DNA of 64,000 nt, from contig CM120641.1 in NCBI GenBank assembly GCA_051362555.1, positions 372,001 through 436,000 on the forward strand. Direction: 5' to 3'. The stretch comes from Lingula anatina. Its lineage: Eukaryota; Animalia; Brachiopoda. This document shows, piece after piece, positions 38,801-53,284 of this stretch; positions within the stretch are counted from its first letter, which is position 1; every line of letters begins with the position of its first letter. Position numbers and translations under genes: made by a program. The notes below the pieces were generated by a model. That model saw only the letters and a list, made by a program, of their open reading frames with translations. It made no database searches and was not told where the DNA came from.

Positions 38801-41800
38801 ATGATACAGCAAGTCAAAATTCTAATATTTGTGTTTTTTTTTTTCAGAAATCGAAAGGGGGGTCAGGACCCCCTGACAACCCCCTAAATCCACCTCCAGT
38901 TATATTTTATTTTGGTTTGATAGATGTATTCTGTAAGTCATATACAGCGTAAGACTAGTGTGTCTGTACACTAAGTGCAGACAGAGACGTAGCTGTCTGT
39001 TTTTTAAAGATATGCTTGTGTCTACTAAATTTACTTTAGTGCACACGTATGGCTCTAGCCATTAATTTGGGCATTACATTCCTGCTACCAAATCTGAGAC
39101 TTGTGATAGCAAATGGCAATTATCATTTATGAGACCTGATTTAAAAATTCAACCTATCTATAGCTGTTTCCAAGTGGAACCCCTACCGCATATCAGGCAC
39201 CTTATTATGTTTCTCATTATTTTATATGTGATCTGCCTTGTTTTACCTTTTATTAGCGTGACAGGTCCAAGGTCTGGTGATGTAAAGATTTCTTCAATAC
39301 GTCAATAAGTTTACCAGCCACTGATTCTGTTTACTGGTACAGACAGTATATATATATATAGACTTTTATGATTGATCTGTACATGTAAACAGGTGTAAAT
39401 AAAATGGATAAAACTAGGGATTCTGCATTTCTGATATTGGATTTATCTTATATTGAAAATATTTGATTAATACTGTTTAAAATTGAAATGTTATACAATT
39501 ATATACAAGAGAGGGCAAAAGTGGCTTTTTTTTTGTATTTTATTAATGTAGTTGTATGGAGTTCTTTAATTATTTTCCTTTCATGATCTGTATATATTCA
39601 CTATCTATTTGTCTGAAGTGCCTATTTAGAATAATGTACAGTTGTATAAATTAAATACTGTGCAATGTCAGAGGAAGGCATTTCTGTGTAGCAGGGATTA
39701 ATAATTGTTCTTGGTGGAAGAAAGCACATGTAAAGAATTTAATATATTATTAAATTATTATTATTATTGTTATTATTTTTGCTTTAAAACCCTTCATAGA
39801 ATAAAAAAATTCTGCCATTGTCACAGGTGTTGCAATGAAGTGGAGACGTGATGAGTTTAATGTGTTTGGTGGCATGATGACAATTGTCTTCATGCATGTT
39901 TATAAGTTGTTGTACTTGATTTAATGTTACACTTTATTATACCTGCAGGCTTAAATTACTAGTGGAGTTTGGTATGAAAACAAACAGTTTCCACAGTAAA
40001 CCAGTGTACACAGTATTGGAATGATATGACGCAGACTGCTTTGAAACTTTTTATCTTGATGCATAATATTTCCAGTCTGCTACGTACGTTAATTAGCCAC
40101 TGGTCACATACCATTGGCCAGTAAAATCTCACGTGGACCAGTATTTTTTCAGAATGTGTGAATTTAGTGGTGGGACATGTCCAGTAGATTTTTTCATTAC
40201 AAAAACTGACATTTTTCTATGTTTTTCCATAAATATTTTGAGTGTGTCTACAATACAATACAATACAATACAAGGCTAAATCAAGGTCTTGACATTACTA
40301 GTATTAATTTGTAATTTGGGTTAATGTCTGTTCTGATCAAAATTATTCTTTGGGCCATGATTCTTCTTTAGACCAGTGAATTGTAGGAAACAGGTGGTCC
40401 ACTTTTTGATGTAAGTTCAAGCCACTTGATTTCAATGGGTTAACAATTTAAAGACTAAAAAAGTTAAACAAGACAAACATCTCCTGGCAGCATGCCAGAG
40501 ACATTCTTCACATTAATGATGAGACACATTAAGAACATCGTTGCCTTGTCTGCTGCGCCATTACAGACTTACGCACACATTTTCTGCTGATTTAACAGGA
40601 AGATAGAATGAACCAGCACATGGATAAATTCTGTCAGCTTTTATTCACACTTGTTTGTCTGCCATCATTTCTGACCTCAATTTCCTCCAAATCCCATTTC
40701 ATTCTACACTTTGCATGACTTTGGGCTGTATTGGATGATACCCAATTCAGTACCATCTGTCTTTGTTTAATCTTATTGTTTTAGGAAAAATATGAGGCTT
40801 TAGTGTTACAAACTAGGCACTTCTTAGGCATCATGGTTATTTTATTATTAGTAACCATGTTTTGATAGAAATTATTATCCTGTATGCTTTTAAAGTTAGA
40901 AACTCGGATTATTTCTTGATCTTTGTTAGCCGTCTTTTAAAATTTTTGAAAAGGTAATTATTTGCGCTCAGACATATAGAGAAATTTGAGGTTGTCCTCC
41001 TATTCAGGCCATGGCTGTTGTGAGTGAGATCATCTGATTCCTCTGAATTAATTGGCATTTAAAGAAAACATCTTGTAAGTCGGCTGTGACAGAACAGCAG
41101 ACAAACATCGAAAAAATGATATCGTAAAGGAAATGAGTATGGATTGTCTATACCGTAAGGATCCATCGGATGACACATCCATCTTTCATTTGAAGACAAT
41201 TATCCTATCCGTGGCACCTCCAATTCAACCAAGGCCCAGGGCTCACTAACACCCCTTGTTCTGGTTGCTATGATGCCATGGTCTGGGACCAGCAGTGTCT
41301 TTGACTGAAGTGTTACATCTGGGATGTCTGTTCACATGAAAGAACTTTCATAGAAAATCATTAAAGATAGTAACACAGGGATTCTATTTGCAACAGTTGT
41401 TATGCTGGATATGAAGAAAATGGGAATGCCTTTGTAATTTGAGGGGGAGGGGGGAAATTGTAAGACAAATTTGTTTCATGCACAACTGGACATTACTTCG
41501 ACCAAAGAAACTGGACATTACTTCGACCAAAGAAAAATTTTTGTATTTCCCACTGATGATGCAGTATCAAATGTTTGATGTTATAATTTGGAAAGAAAAG
41601 GTCAAGATCATCCAATGAAATTATTTCATAAAACACTTTAAATTCCTTACTCAACAAATAAGCTATATTCATGTGGACAGCTGTGTGGTATCTAGATCTG
41701 TTATAATATTTCTTTGGTTGGTTGCGTATCATCATGAACTCACGCATTTAATGTTATTGCGCTCCGTTCCCATGTTGCATAGATTTTAATTGAAAAAGTA

Positions 41801-42753
41801 AACAGATATGCTACCTAATAGATAGCAATAGCTTTAGAGGATAATTCCGGAACCCCTACAGATAAAATTGCCAAAATTGTTGGAGTTAATGACAAAGATA
41901 GAAATATAAGAACATTTTGGTGCCATAGAATTTCCATAACTTACTCTAAACTGATGTTAGGTGGTCTTGTTTACAAAGGTCCAATGAAAGTTGGTATTTT
42001 TGAAGATATCAGTGATAAAATGTAAACAAAATGATGTTCAGAAAATCAGTTGCACAAGTACTCATGCATTGGAATTTTTCTAATATAAGCTAGGTAGTAG
42101 AACTGCTGATGTGGCAGCGTCAATGAAATTACCATAGTTTTTCTGAAGACGAATATTATCCATGTACATTATATGACTGTATTATAAGAAGCAGTTTCAT
42201 ACAAAGTCGATTTTTAGCCTGATTTTGGCTAATAGGCCGGGGTATATAACCTTACGAGAAGGACAATTATCAGGTGTCGACCACAATTAGGATCAGGTAC
42301 TTTTTATGTCTATGACTAAAAGGTTGGAACACGCTTTCCCTTTTATCTGCTGAATGTTGCTGTCACCAGCCCTAAGTGATGAGTTATGTCTTTGTCTAAT
42401 TTTTGGTGTCTCCAAAGAAGACAATTATTATGGAAGCTAGGCAAGCCCTATAGCTAGTACCATACAATTAATGTTCATGTCTTACTGAAGTTTGCCTCTT
42501 GATTATAGCTTTTATTATCCCTTCAAACCAAGAAAATAATGGTCAAATTGTTTTTTAGAAAAAAATGAAAAATGAAGTTTTTGTGAAGAAATAACATAAA
42601 ATCTCTTGTGGGATTGCAAGATTACCTGTCTTTACTTCACATAATGGTTCAAAACTGATATGAGTTTGATGTTGAATAGCAGCTGGAATTGTTTTTTCAA
42701 CATCTTTAAATCCATGCATTATAAAAAATAAAGCACTATTTACACCAATTTAA

Positions 42754-43090
42754 AGGGATAATAACCGTTCGCTTTGGCCAAAAAATGAATTTTCCTAGAG
42801 TAAACAACAATTTTCCCATTCTTACCAATGGTTAATGAATCCATTTCTACATTGAAAGTTAGTCCCTGATTTTTTTCTAAAAAGTTTGTTTTTTTGTTAT
42901 AATCTCTCAAGAGATTATTGAAGAATATAGCCATCTTTGGAGGTCACATGATCTGATGACAAGCTCAAATATCAGAATAATAGCTATAACTGCTGTTTTT
43001 GTGGTAAAACAGAATATATAATATTTCTATGAGTTGTTTACAATGTTTTTATTGTGAAATATAGATCTGATGTGAAGAGTTATTATCCCT
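42754..43090. mobile_element. Kolobok-like non-autonomous DNA transposon
   Basis: TTAA on both flanks, TIR AGGGATAATAAC...GTTATTATCCCT. Second copy at 56246-56577 and a 5' fragment at about 23081-23190. Confidence 0.75.
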
Positions 43091-43595
43091 TTAATAGTCA
43101 TTTCTTTTCCACATGGATAACTGATAGAAAAACCTGCATGTTATCTTGTCTATCAGGTTGTGTTGTTACCTGCAGTGGGTTAAAATAGTCTTTTTTTGCA
43201 GTGAGCTGATCAAGCCACTGTGAAGTAAACGTAATACATAACCCACAGGAACATGAAGCCATAATTGTGTTGAAATACAGTTATTAGGCTGTAAACTCTA
43301 CTTGGTTTCAACTTACGAACTTAAAGTTAATGCTGAACAGCGCGAAACACGATAGATGAATAAATAAAACATGAAACCCAGAAATCCTATTTGTACTTAC
43401 AGGTTACAGAGGTGTGGCACTGTGGAGGCAGATCAATAAAATTGGTATGTTTCTAATTTTCCTGGAAGGATATGCACAAATAATCATCCTAGCTTTGTAC
43501 ACGGAGTGGCATGAAATTTTACATAACAGTAATATAACAAAGTGGGAAGTTGCCTTGAAGGAGATAAAGGGAGAGACTGTTTCAAATTTTTTAAT

Positions 43596-43742
43596 CAGGG
43601 GCGGATTGAGGTTGTCTTCTGGGTCTTCTGTTTACATTGACTGGTATCTAATTTTTTCTGTCAGAAGACAGTCAAAAATGCAGGCTGGATCAACAAAGAC
43701 ACTTTGGAAGACTGTCAGAAAATATCTCTGGATCTGCCCCTG
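43596..43742 (+). mobile_element. About 150-bp MITE, family B (CAGGGGCGGAT TIR, 5-bp TSD ttaat)
   Basis: TIR caggggcggat...atctgcccctg; one of four similar copies in the window. Confidence 0.8.
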
Positions 43743-44164
43743 TTAATGGTTTTACATTTAAATAATCAAATTATAAGTAATAAAGCTGCAATAAATACTT
43801 TTTTGTTGCAAAGTGAAATTACAGAAATTTTTGAGGAGTAGCAGAAAAAAGAAAAGCTGCAGAGCTTGGAGGTTATAAAAACTTCTTAGATATTCAAAAT
43901 AGATCGTAAGGCTCCATAAAAGATGCTGAAAAGATTAACCTTTTTGCCAATTTTGCAACAAAAATTCTGCTTGAAGTCAAGCATACTATGACCATTTAAG
44001 TCCCATTTGCATATTCTAAAAATCTCTTTAAGCTGTGTGGTATTAATGGCTTGCTGCAGTTTTATCCTAGAATTAAGTGCCCTGTGACCAGTTCATACAC
44101 CCTGTACAAATGCTGATAATTATATTCATCTAACTCCGTATCAAGTCATCTGCATTTGAATTAT

Positions 44165-44327
44165 CAGATTGAGGCCATCGTATGGGTCTTCTGGAAGATG
44201 GTCATATTTTCAAGTTTACATTGACAGGTATCTAATTTTTTTCTGTCGGAGGATGGTCAAAAATGGATAATGGATCAACAAAAATAATTTGGAAGACTGT
44301 CAGGAAATATCTCTTGATCCGCCCCTG
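44165..44327 (+). mobile_element. MITE family B
   Basis: Shares tggatcaaca..ataatttggaagactgtcag..atatctc; flanked by attat/attat. Confidence 0.75.
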
Positions 44328-47300
44328 ATTATGATCCTCTTTTCTCTTGTAAGATCTACTTAAATATAGACTTAATAATAGACTTAATAATACTTAAATA
44401 TAGACTTAATAATACTGTTGTTCTCTTATTAAAGTACATGCAGGAAGTGCATTGTCCTAAGCATGGATATTAGACCAATTCCCAAGACACATGTTACGTA
44501 CATCCTGTTTATGCAATAACATTGCTTCTCCATTTGTATACAGTTTGTCATTTGTGAAATTTTTTTGTCTTATACATGTGCTGTTTACAGAGCAGTATTA
44601 CTTTCATATACTGTATTTCAAGCAATTAAATGTTACCGCCTTTTTATAAAAAAAAAAATAGTGAGATATGAGATTGCTCACAGGTTTTTTTAATGATAGT
44701 GAATAGTAATGTTTTTTGATATAAGCTTGATGAGGCTTGACTTTTTGTTCTTATCTGATATTCTATAAATCTGATATCTATAAAGTATTTATTAAGATTG
44801 GTAAAATGGCCTTTTTTGCTTTAAAATGGGATGGTTCTTGTACATATATATATATATATATATATATGACTGATATTATCTGTGATGGTGTAAAGCTTTC
44901 TTTTAGTGTTCCCATGTCTGTATTGACATAAACATACCTACTTGTATTAACTTAATCCTGTATGATAACAACATATATGCAAAGCTGATTTATGTTCCAC
45001 AGAAAAAAATTTATCATGATTGCTAAAACATGGGGATTTGAATTGGATCAATGGCAGATGAAATGACTGACTTCGGAATTGAAATGGATATCACTGTAGT
45101 TGTATTGCAGATTGAAATGTGAGCGTCACAGTTGGCTTTTTTTAAACAATTATTTTCTTGTCCTCAAAATGAATTTATGCACAGAAAATAATAGTCAAAA
45201 TTTCTGGAAGAAAGAACAAAAATCTATTTTCTGGTAAGGATTTGCATGATTATTTGAAATGAGTATTTGTCTAGGATTGCGGTGCCAGTTATGGTTGACA
45301 AGTATTAACTTTGAACCAACAAAATGTGCTTTCATCTTTCAGAAGTAGAAGGATAATTTTTTTTTGTCAGGTTTCCCTTTGATGATTTTATTTGATGAGC
45401 TGTTGCATCTTTCAAAACCAGCATTTTGAAAATCCATAGCATTCCAGCATCAAAAAGGAGCAAACGTGAACAAATTAACAGATCTGACAACCGTCCTTGT
45501 GACTTGTTAATTTTTTGGCTTAACTACAGGAGCTGTTAGTAATACCACACTATGGGCCTGTTCACAAAGAATGTACTTATCTATAGCTACTACATACTAT
45601 CTCCACGGGGACTTCCTGATTGCAATCAGATTTACAGAGTGACATGCCTCTTTCTTTCCATAAAATCAACCGCTTTTCTGTTACAGTATTTGATCTATTA
45701 AAAGCTAGTAGGAGTCGTGTTAGTCTGATTGTATTCAGCGAGAGTCCCCGTAGAGATAGTGAGCAGTAGGTTGGTTGACAAAATTAATTGTGACATACAT
45801 ATACACCCACTGTGCCAGATGCTGCTTATATGTTCCTGGTGAAAAAATATGGATTTATAAACCATTGTTTGCCACAGTAATATTTTTAAAAGTGAAGAAG
45901 TATGCGCATTAAACAGAAAGATGGCTCCGAAAACAACCACAGACGTGAGATGTGATTTCTGTGTATCTCTCGAGGGAAAAGAAAATGGATAACGCACACT
46001 AAAAATGCAGAACTGTATGTGGCAATAAAGGTGAAAAGTGATTGGTGTCAATAATGTGGTTGACATGGCGATGGCCATCCCATCATTTCTGTCTGAAGTC
46101 TTCATTAACTTACTTCTAAAACAATCATCTGAAAAAGGAAGCTGCTTAGGATTCTGGTATGATTGGATTCGATTTGATAAATTGATTGTGACTATCACTA
46201 ATTTAATAAAACTTGAAAGTGCTCTTTGTCCATGATAATACTTCTGGTTTTTATTCATTTTGACACATTTGATGCATTATCTTTTCAGTTTTTGTGCTTT
46301 TAGTCTCAGTGCTGGTTACACAGAATATATGTAGCTTTTGTAAAACAGTTTTATAGTTCAATGTTTTATTTTGATGAAATGATATACTATTAATCTAAAA
46401 TTATATTAAATTAATGCTGCAGCTTTATATTAAAGACATTTAGGTGTGTGATTGGCACCAACAAACACACTGAGCAGTAATTAATAGCAGGTTAACAACA
46501 GTGAAACTGTTAAATAATATGTTCAAACAAATTTGAAAGTAAAATGAAGTTATTTGTGAAAAAATCCAGTCACGTTTGATATTTGATCTGGTAGTATTGA
46601 GCCCTGAAACTGAAGCATGAGTAGTTTTTTTAATAACTCATGATCATTTAATTACAAAAATGAAAAAAACTTATTGAATCCTTAATAGACCGTCTATTTT
46701 CTAAATCTAAAATGGATGTTTTTCTCAACAATTTGACTGCTGGATATATACTTGGTCCTGCTGTTTTCTGTTATGTTTATTCCCCACTGCATCCTTCTGA
46801 TAAAATATCATTTGTGAACCAACGTGAAACTAACAAAATCCAACTAAATCAGTTTTTGGTGGACTTCTGTTTAATTTTGCATGACTTTTGTTCAGTCTGA
46901 TAAGATAATAATAACAAACTTTTTTTTTTGCTAGAATTCTTTTTGATAGCACAATTCATCTATATACATAACATGTATATATTTATATTATGTAATGAAT
47001 ATATATACAGTACATGATCGCTTCACTTGTATGGTGGTGTTGTGTGTGTGTGTATTAAGAAGTCTGAGATACATAAACTTATAAGATTGAAAAGCCAGGT
47101 TTAAGGGCTTGTTCCAAATGAAAATATCAGTCTTTGTAGATTAGGGACTATCTCTGATTGCAATCGGCTTAATAGGTTTACCCACCTCCTCCTGGCATTG
47201 ACTAGAATACAGAAAAGTTGGTGATTATATGAGTACGTTGAAGCAAGAGGAGGTGTGTCAGTCTGTTAAGCTGATTGCATTCAGCAAGAGTCCTGCAGAG

Positions 47301-47561
47301 TTGGATCCAGCTACATAGACTGATAGATAAGCCCTAAGAGGAAGACGTAAAGCAAAAAGATGATGAACTGAACATCTTTTGATGGGGAGTCCTTTGAAGT
47401 GCTTAAAGTTACAGGTGAATACTTTTGAGTGTCTTATACTCTTCCTCTCCAATAGCAGAGATAAGGCTACAGTTTATGTAACTGAGCTGGACCTATTAAA
47501 TAAAGTGGTCATAACAGTTGTTGAAACCCGTGAAGTTTTGAATGAGATAATACACTGTCGC

Positions 47562-47706
47562 CATGGGCAGATTTAGGCTAGCTCCTGCGTCTTCCGGAAG
47601 ACGGTCAGATTTTAAAGTTTTCTGTCTAAAGACTGTCAAAAATGGAGGCTGGATCAGCAAAGATAATTTGGAGAACTGTCAGAAAATATCTCTGGATCTG
47701 ACCCTG
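47562..47706 (+). mobile_element. MITE family B
   Basis: Same core; flanks gtcgc/gtcac. Confidence 0.75.
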
Positions 47707-49161
47707 GTCACCCCAAGCCATATTTGCTAGAATGCATTGTAAACATGAGAATCAGGGAAATACCAGCCTTTGATGATATTCATATACAGAATTGTTTTGA
47801 CAAAAGATTATTGAGACAAATAATTCATCTGTATTATCTTCTTTTGCCCAGATGAATTTTAGATTCCTTATTACAAATATCTCTGACTTTGATGTTGTTT
47901 TTTTTCTGTTGACTGTACCACAAGCCATGATACTGTCATGCCCCGTTTATACCAGACAGATAATTTTAAAATTACTCTGTAATGCTCGCTGAAAGGTCTG
48001 GAGATGATAAGGTTGCATGCAAAAAGATGGAGATTTTTTTAAAAATCAGGATCTGACATGCATGGACTATCTCCTAGACTATCTCTGTATGAGTGTGTGA
48101 GTTTCACTGTGGGAGCATTTCAAGATTTCCCCACAGACCAGAGGGAGTTGAAAGTTCTGACTTAACTTGAGGTGATTTTCGTTAAGAGGCTCTGGGCTCA
48201 TCTTCAAGGCTCATGGGGCTCGGAAATAATGAGATGAAATTCACATTTGTAAAAGAATGTGTGCTTTTAAGAGATTACTTTATGATGAAGAAAAAATTTA
48301 TGGAATTTCCCAGGAATTAAACAGAATATCAGTTTTTTTTATTGACTTATATTGATTGATATGGTTTGTGTATAATAATGTCATCACCCTAAAACCAGGA
48401 GAGGAATAAACATGATAAAAGCTTTTAGTTACAGCTCCATTGGCAGTTTCTGTGTGAAGAACTTTGTAGGATCAAATACTTATTGTTGGTCTGACTGTAA
48501 ATTCATCTTTTAAAAATGTAGCTGGTCTTTGGACTAACTATACACAACTTTCCCTTGACCCTTAGAAATTTTGGTTAAGATTGGTAGGGGTATCTGGTGG
48601 CTCCCATGTTTCTGAGACATTTATTGTAGTCAAAAACAAAAGTTTGCATGAAATGCAATTGTATTCAGTAATGAATAACATTCATTATATATTGTAGAAT
48701 AAAATGTCCTGGTATCAATTTATCTTTAGGAATGGCGTCTCCCCTTCTATTACCCAGTTTCACACAATGGTATCATAGTTATTCTCAGTGTTTTGTGTCT
48801 GCCAACTTAGTGAAATTGCTGATTGATTTCTTTTTAAAGGCAATTGTTTTGTCATTGTTTTTGTGCGATAAGGCATGGGTATTAGAAACACAGATTGATT
48901 GCTTTTAAAGCTGTGATTAAGTAGTTAAAGTATTTGTCTCTCTGGTTAATTTACCTTTAGTTAGCTATCCTTATCCTGGCAAGATAAAAACTGTTTTAGA
49001 TGATGATCCTTTATCTGAAGAATGAGACAAAGGCAAATCCCTTTCAGCTTTCCACAAATCAGGAAGAGAAAAAACTGTCATATTTAAGCCATAATTTGAA
49101 TAACTCTATGAAGGACTGTATGCATTTTCACATCAAGCATTATACCTCACAGTTTCTTGTT

Positions 49162-49204
<43 letters not shown>

Positions 49205-49429
49205 TTTTTTTTTTTTGTGTGTGTGTGTTGTTTTGAGGGGTCCTAGCTACAAATTGTAATTACGCTACAGGGAACTTAACTTGCCTTTATAATTAAGTTT
49301 GCTTCCTACTGTTTGGGTGGAGGTTCTGCCCATGAAAGATAAGAAATATAGAAAGCGCATGATTTTTATCTTTAAGACCACAAAGGTAGATTCTCAGGAG
49401 GACAAGATGGTGAACATGGTGTTTTGACT

Positions 49430-49710
49430 GACCAGATGGCCTTGTGGTTAGAGTGTCCACCTCCGGAGTGGGAGGGCCTGGGTTTGACCCTGTCTGGGGA
49501 CATATCAGTCCTTTATAAATGGTACCTGCTGTCTCCCTCTTGGCACTCAGCACTAAGGGGTTGAAGCAGGGTCCTGGTCTGGCAGTGGAGAAATGGTACA
49601 TTTACTAGCTTTGAGCGCCTAATACGGCAGCCGGGATGTATCCTCCCCAGGGAGGCGAGAGCGACAACTTATAGTATGGAACAAGGCCAAAAAGACCAGG
49701 CTTCATTTGA
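49430..49710 (+). mobile_element. tRNA-derived SINE with Meta/MESC-like core
   Basis: A-box-like TGGCCTTGTGG and degenerate B-box GGTTTGACCC, followed by the core aaatggtacctgctgtctccctcttggcactcagcactaagggg, which resembles mollusc Meta-SINE cores as I recall them. Confidence 0.75.
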
Positions 49711-50319
49711 ATTGTGAATTTAATATAATATATGTATAATTTCAACCCTTGGGTTTGCCATATCTCAGTAAAGATTATTTGATATATCAAAATGCTGATA
49801 GTTTGCTATTCAATAAAATCTCCTTAATTGGGAAATAGTTTACCAGATATCTGAGTGTAATTCCACATTATTAAGGATAAACAATGTGCACAGATAAAAT
49901 GTCATCTGGACAAAATTAACTTTTACTCACTGAGTTCACTGAAGTCTAAATATCTGTATTTTGATTTATTTGGGAATTATAGTAATTTCATTTATATTCA
50001 CACATAATTTTATCACTAATTATTTCCTCTGAATTGTCCCCTCCGTAATGGACATTTGAATACAGCGGAATTACCCTGAAAATCTGACCTTTTGGTATAT
50101 TTGCCCTGAGCCTCAGTTGAACTTCACGTGCCCTTAGAGCACATTGTGATTACCTTGACAATGAAGATTTCTCCCTGTGGTAACAGTCTATTTAGGAATG
50201 TCATCTACATCTATACAAGAAATGAATCAAATCTGGCAAAGCTAACAGTGGACTCTGTGACTAGTGAAATGGATTCCTGAGTTTTCTTTTCAACTTTTAA
50301 GTTTGATAGGGCTACTTCT

Positions 50320-50476
50320 CTTAGCAAAATATCAGGTCTGACACAAACTCTCATGCAGCAGCAATACAAATTTTTCTTGCAAACTCCTGCAACTGGTTGC
50401 CGCAAACTTTTAGTTAGCATCAAATTTGCTGCAATTTTGCAGCAGTATTGCAGCAAACTTTTTCTTTTGCTAAGGG
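50320..50476. mobile_element. Short TIR element (ccttagcaaaa...ttttgctaaggg); shorter relative at 58269-58352
   Basis: Terminal inverted repeats and repeated internal gcaaa/tttgc motifs. Both copies share cttagcaaaatatcagg. Confidence 0.65.
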
Positions 50477-51883
50477 ACTGTACATGGTGGTGTGACAATC
50501 TAGGTTGGGTTTGTCTCCACTGGCATGGGGTCTGTTTTATTTACTTCTAAAAATTGGTCAAGGCAGGGTGCATGCAGCAGACCTCTTTTTTTAAACAAAA
50601 CTTTTATTACCAGTTTGTGTTTCCCTTCAGGTGACAACTTTTTGACTTTGTTTCCTCTGTTTTTGAGGCTCAAATCAAAGCCCTCCAATAAGTAGTACTC
50701 CTACTGTTTCAATGATTCAGCTTGCTTCCATGCATTTTATTTTTTCTGACATGATTGTATAACACTTTTGTCTGTTTTTACTTTCATTATGATAAATGTA
50801 TAATTATATTAAGACAGACTTCCTTTGTTCTATTCTTTGAGGCAAAAACTCATTAAGCCTCAGTAAGAGATAATTAATGTTATTACAAATCACCAGACAA
50901 TTATTTGCATCACAATCCAAACCTAAAAGCAATTGTAAACAACTTAGCAGTTGTTATTGCACTTAATTGATAATCATAAAAAACTTAAAACAATATACAA
51001 ATCTCAGAAACCCATTCTCAACACCACAAATTTCTTTCCTTTGAATTCTCATTTGTATTTAATTGAGATGAAAAACAAAACCAGAATTATGATAAGATTG
51101 ATGAAATAAGTAATCAACTTGTAGAACAGCAGGGCCATTGTTAATCTGGATATAACTATCTTTGTAAATATGGAGTCAAAAAAATCCATTAACTGATCAT
51201 CATCCATGTAGTACCATGCTGAGAGACGGTGGGGGACAGGGACTGTTACAAATAGATTGATTTATATTTTCCTTTTATCAAACACCACTGACGCCAATGT
51301 TGCAGCTTCCAATTGAAAAATAGCTAGGTCATTTATCAACTCACGGAGATTGCATATCTATTTACCATTTCGGTACCTAATGAAGGTGTGTTGATGGTTT
51401 CCTGTGAGACGATAGAAATTTCTGCTAATTCAGGGTGAGACTGGGTTACAGCCGTTTTCATTCTGAAATACACAATTTCTAATTTCCATGCTAGCAATCA
51501 GTGTAATTATTCACACAAAGACACACACAAAGATACTAAATGAGTTTTGTCATAATTAAGACTTTCAAAAGAAAGAAAACATGCAAATAAAATTGAATGG
51601 GTTTATACTCAAAGATGCAGATAACAAGTCTAAATACAAAATTTTAATGGCAGAATACCTTGCAAACTGCAAATGTCCACAATATAAATTTTCATTAGTA
51701 TTTCTGTTTCTTATTTCCAAATTGCCTGATTTTAAAGTAGAGATTAAGTGAAGTAGAAATATGAATCTTGTTCATATCATGAAGTTTGCCAGATATATAA
51801 GAATACAGTATTAAGGATAAGCAATGTGATAAAATGCCATCTAAACTAAATAAACTTTACTCACTGAGTTGACCGGAGACTAA

Positions 51884-52098
51884 GGGCGCATTCCCATAGA
51901 TTTTAGATTGATCTATCCCTGTGGGGAGTCTCACTAGATTACTGTCAGATAATCCAGCTTTAATGTCCGTCCCGCCTACTACAAGCTGTAAGGGGGTAAT
52001 TAACTACCAAGCGCGGTCTGATGACTGCAATTTAGCGTGAACCCCCAAAGAGTTAGGTCGATCTAGTAAGATCAATCTAAATGTCTGGGAATGCCCTC
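51884..52098. mobile_element. Foldback MITE, family A, with TAA target-site duplication
   Basis: Termini gggcgcattccc...gggaatgccctc flanked by TAA on both sides. An empty paralogous site lies at about 49947. Confidence 0.85.
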
Positions 52099-53234
52099 TA
52101 AATATCTGTATTCTGCTGCCTGAGAATTTATATCATTTATATTCACACAGATAAGTGTTTTAGTATAGATGTCGCCTTCCAGTATTTTCAGCATTAACAT
52201 TTTAATATTAATGGATACTTTGCATGTTTTGAACTTTCCCTAAAGAGAATGTTTTGTTTGGGACTACATAAAAGCTGAATTTTAGCTAAAATGTTGGTGA
52301 TGATTTTTAGAATTAATAACATATTGTTATGATTGTGGAATGATACGTATTAAAAGCAGTTTATGAAAATTTTACATTAAAAATTGGGTTAAATGGTAGC
52401 TTTTAAATTTATTGTAGCTTTATGTAAATTGTAAATTTATGGTAGCTTATAAATTTATGTCATGCTTGGTCCCACTTTGCCAGATTTGCATGACACAGAG
52501 GACGCACAGTTCTCAATCTGATGGCATCTCAAAATATATTATATATATTCAGTTTATCCAGAAATTACTTGAAAATGGCCTATTCTATCCACCATCATAA
52601 ATTGTCTCAGAAAATCAGAAACTATGGTTGCCCTTGTTCCAGCCCTGTATCATGGAATGTCATCTTGCTGTCAGGATCAGTTGTATGCTACTTCTGAACT
52701 TGTTTCATCAGATTTGATTAAAGTGTTAACACCAGCATACAGATATCCCCATTGGATAGAGCATTTTCCAATTACAAGTTTGGCAGCCCATTATTTCAAA
52801 TGGTGACAATAATTCAGGTTTTTACAAGTAACATTAGTTTTCTTTTATTTGGTATTGCTTTTGACTGCCATTTCCATACCTCTTGATCCACCAAATGGGT
52901 TTTGATTGATCTCTCAGATAATGGTTACGAAGGTACTGTAGGTGTTTTCTATGTGAGTCTAGAGTGGTTTTAGCTTAAATGTCATCACGTTTACTAGTGC
53001 ACTTAGAGGTCACCTGTACAGTGCACCATTTAGATAGCTGATGCTGCATCTCTCTCTCTCTCTCCCTCTCTTTCTCTCTCTCTCTGTGTGTCTTTCACTC
53101 TCTCTCTCTCTGTCTCTTTTACTCACTCTCTCAAAAACACAGGTAAACAAACATATCTTATCATTGGGGTCAGTCATTGGCACTCCCAGGGGAATGAGCA
53201 CAGGGGCAAACATGTTCGTACATTGTTGCATGCA

Positions 53235-53284
<50 letters not shown>

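Noticed and set aside
41484-41535. Exact 25-bp direct repeat (similar small duplications near 36850, 44357 and 27153)
   Set aside because: Ordinary small tandem duplications with no associated feature.
45698-46258. 186-aa ORF on the minus strand
   Set aside because: No recognisable domain, composition looks like non-coding DNA, and there is no splice support.
49430-49505. tRNA gene
   Set aside because: Degenerate B box, no clean acceptor stem, and it continues into a SINE core.
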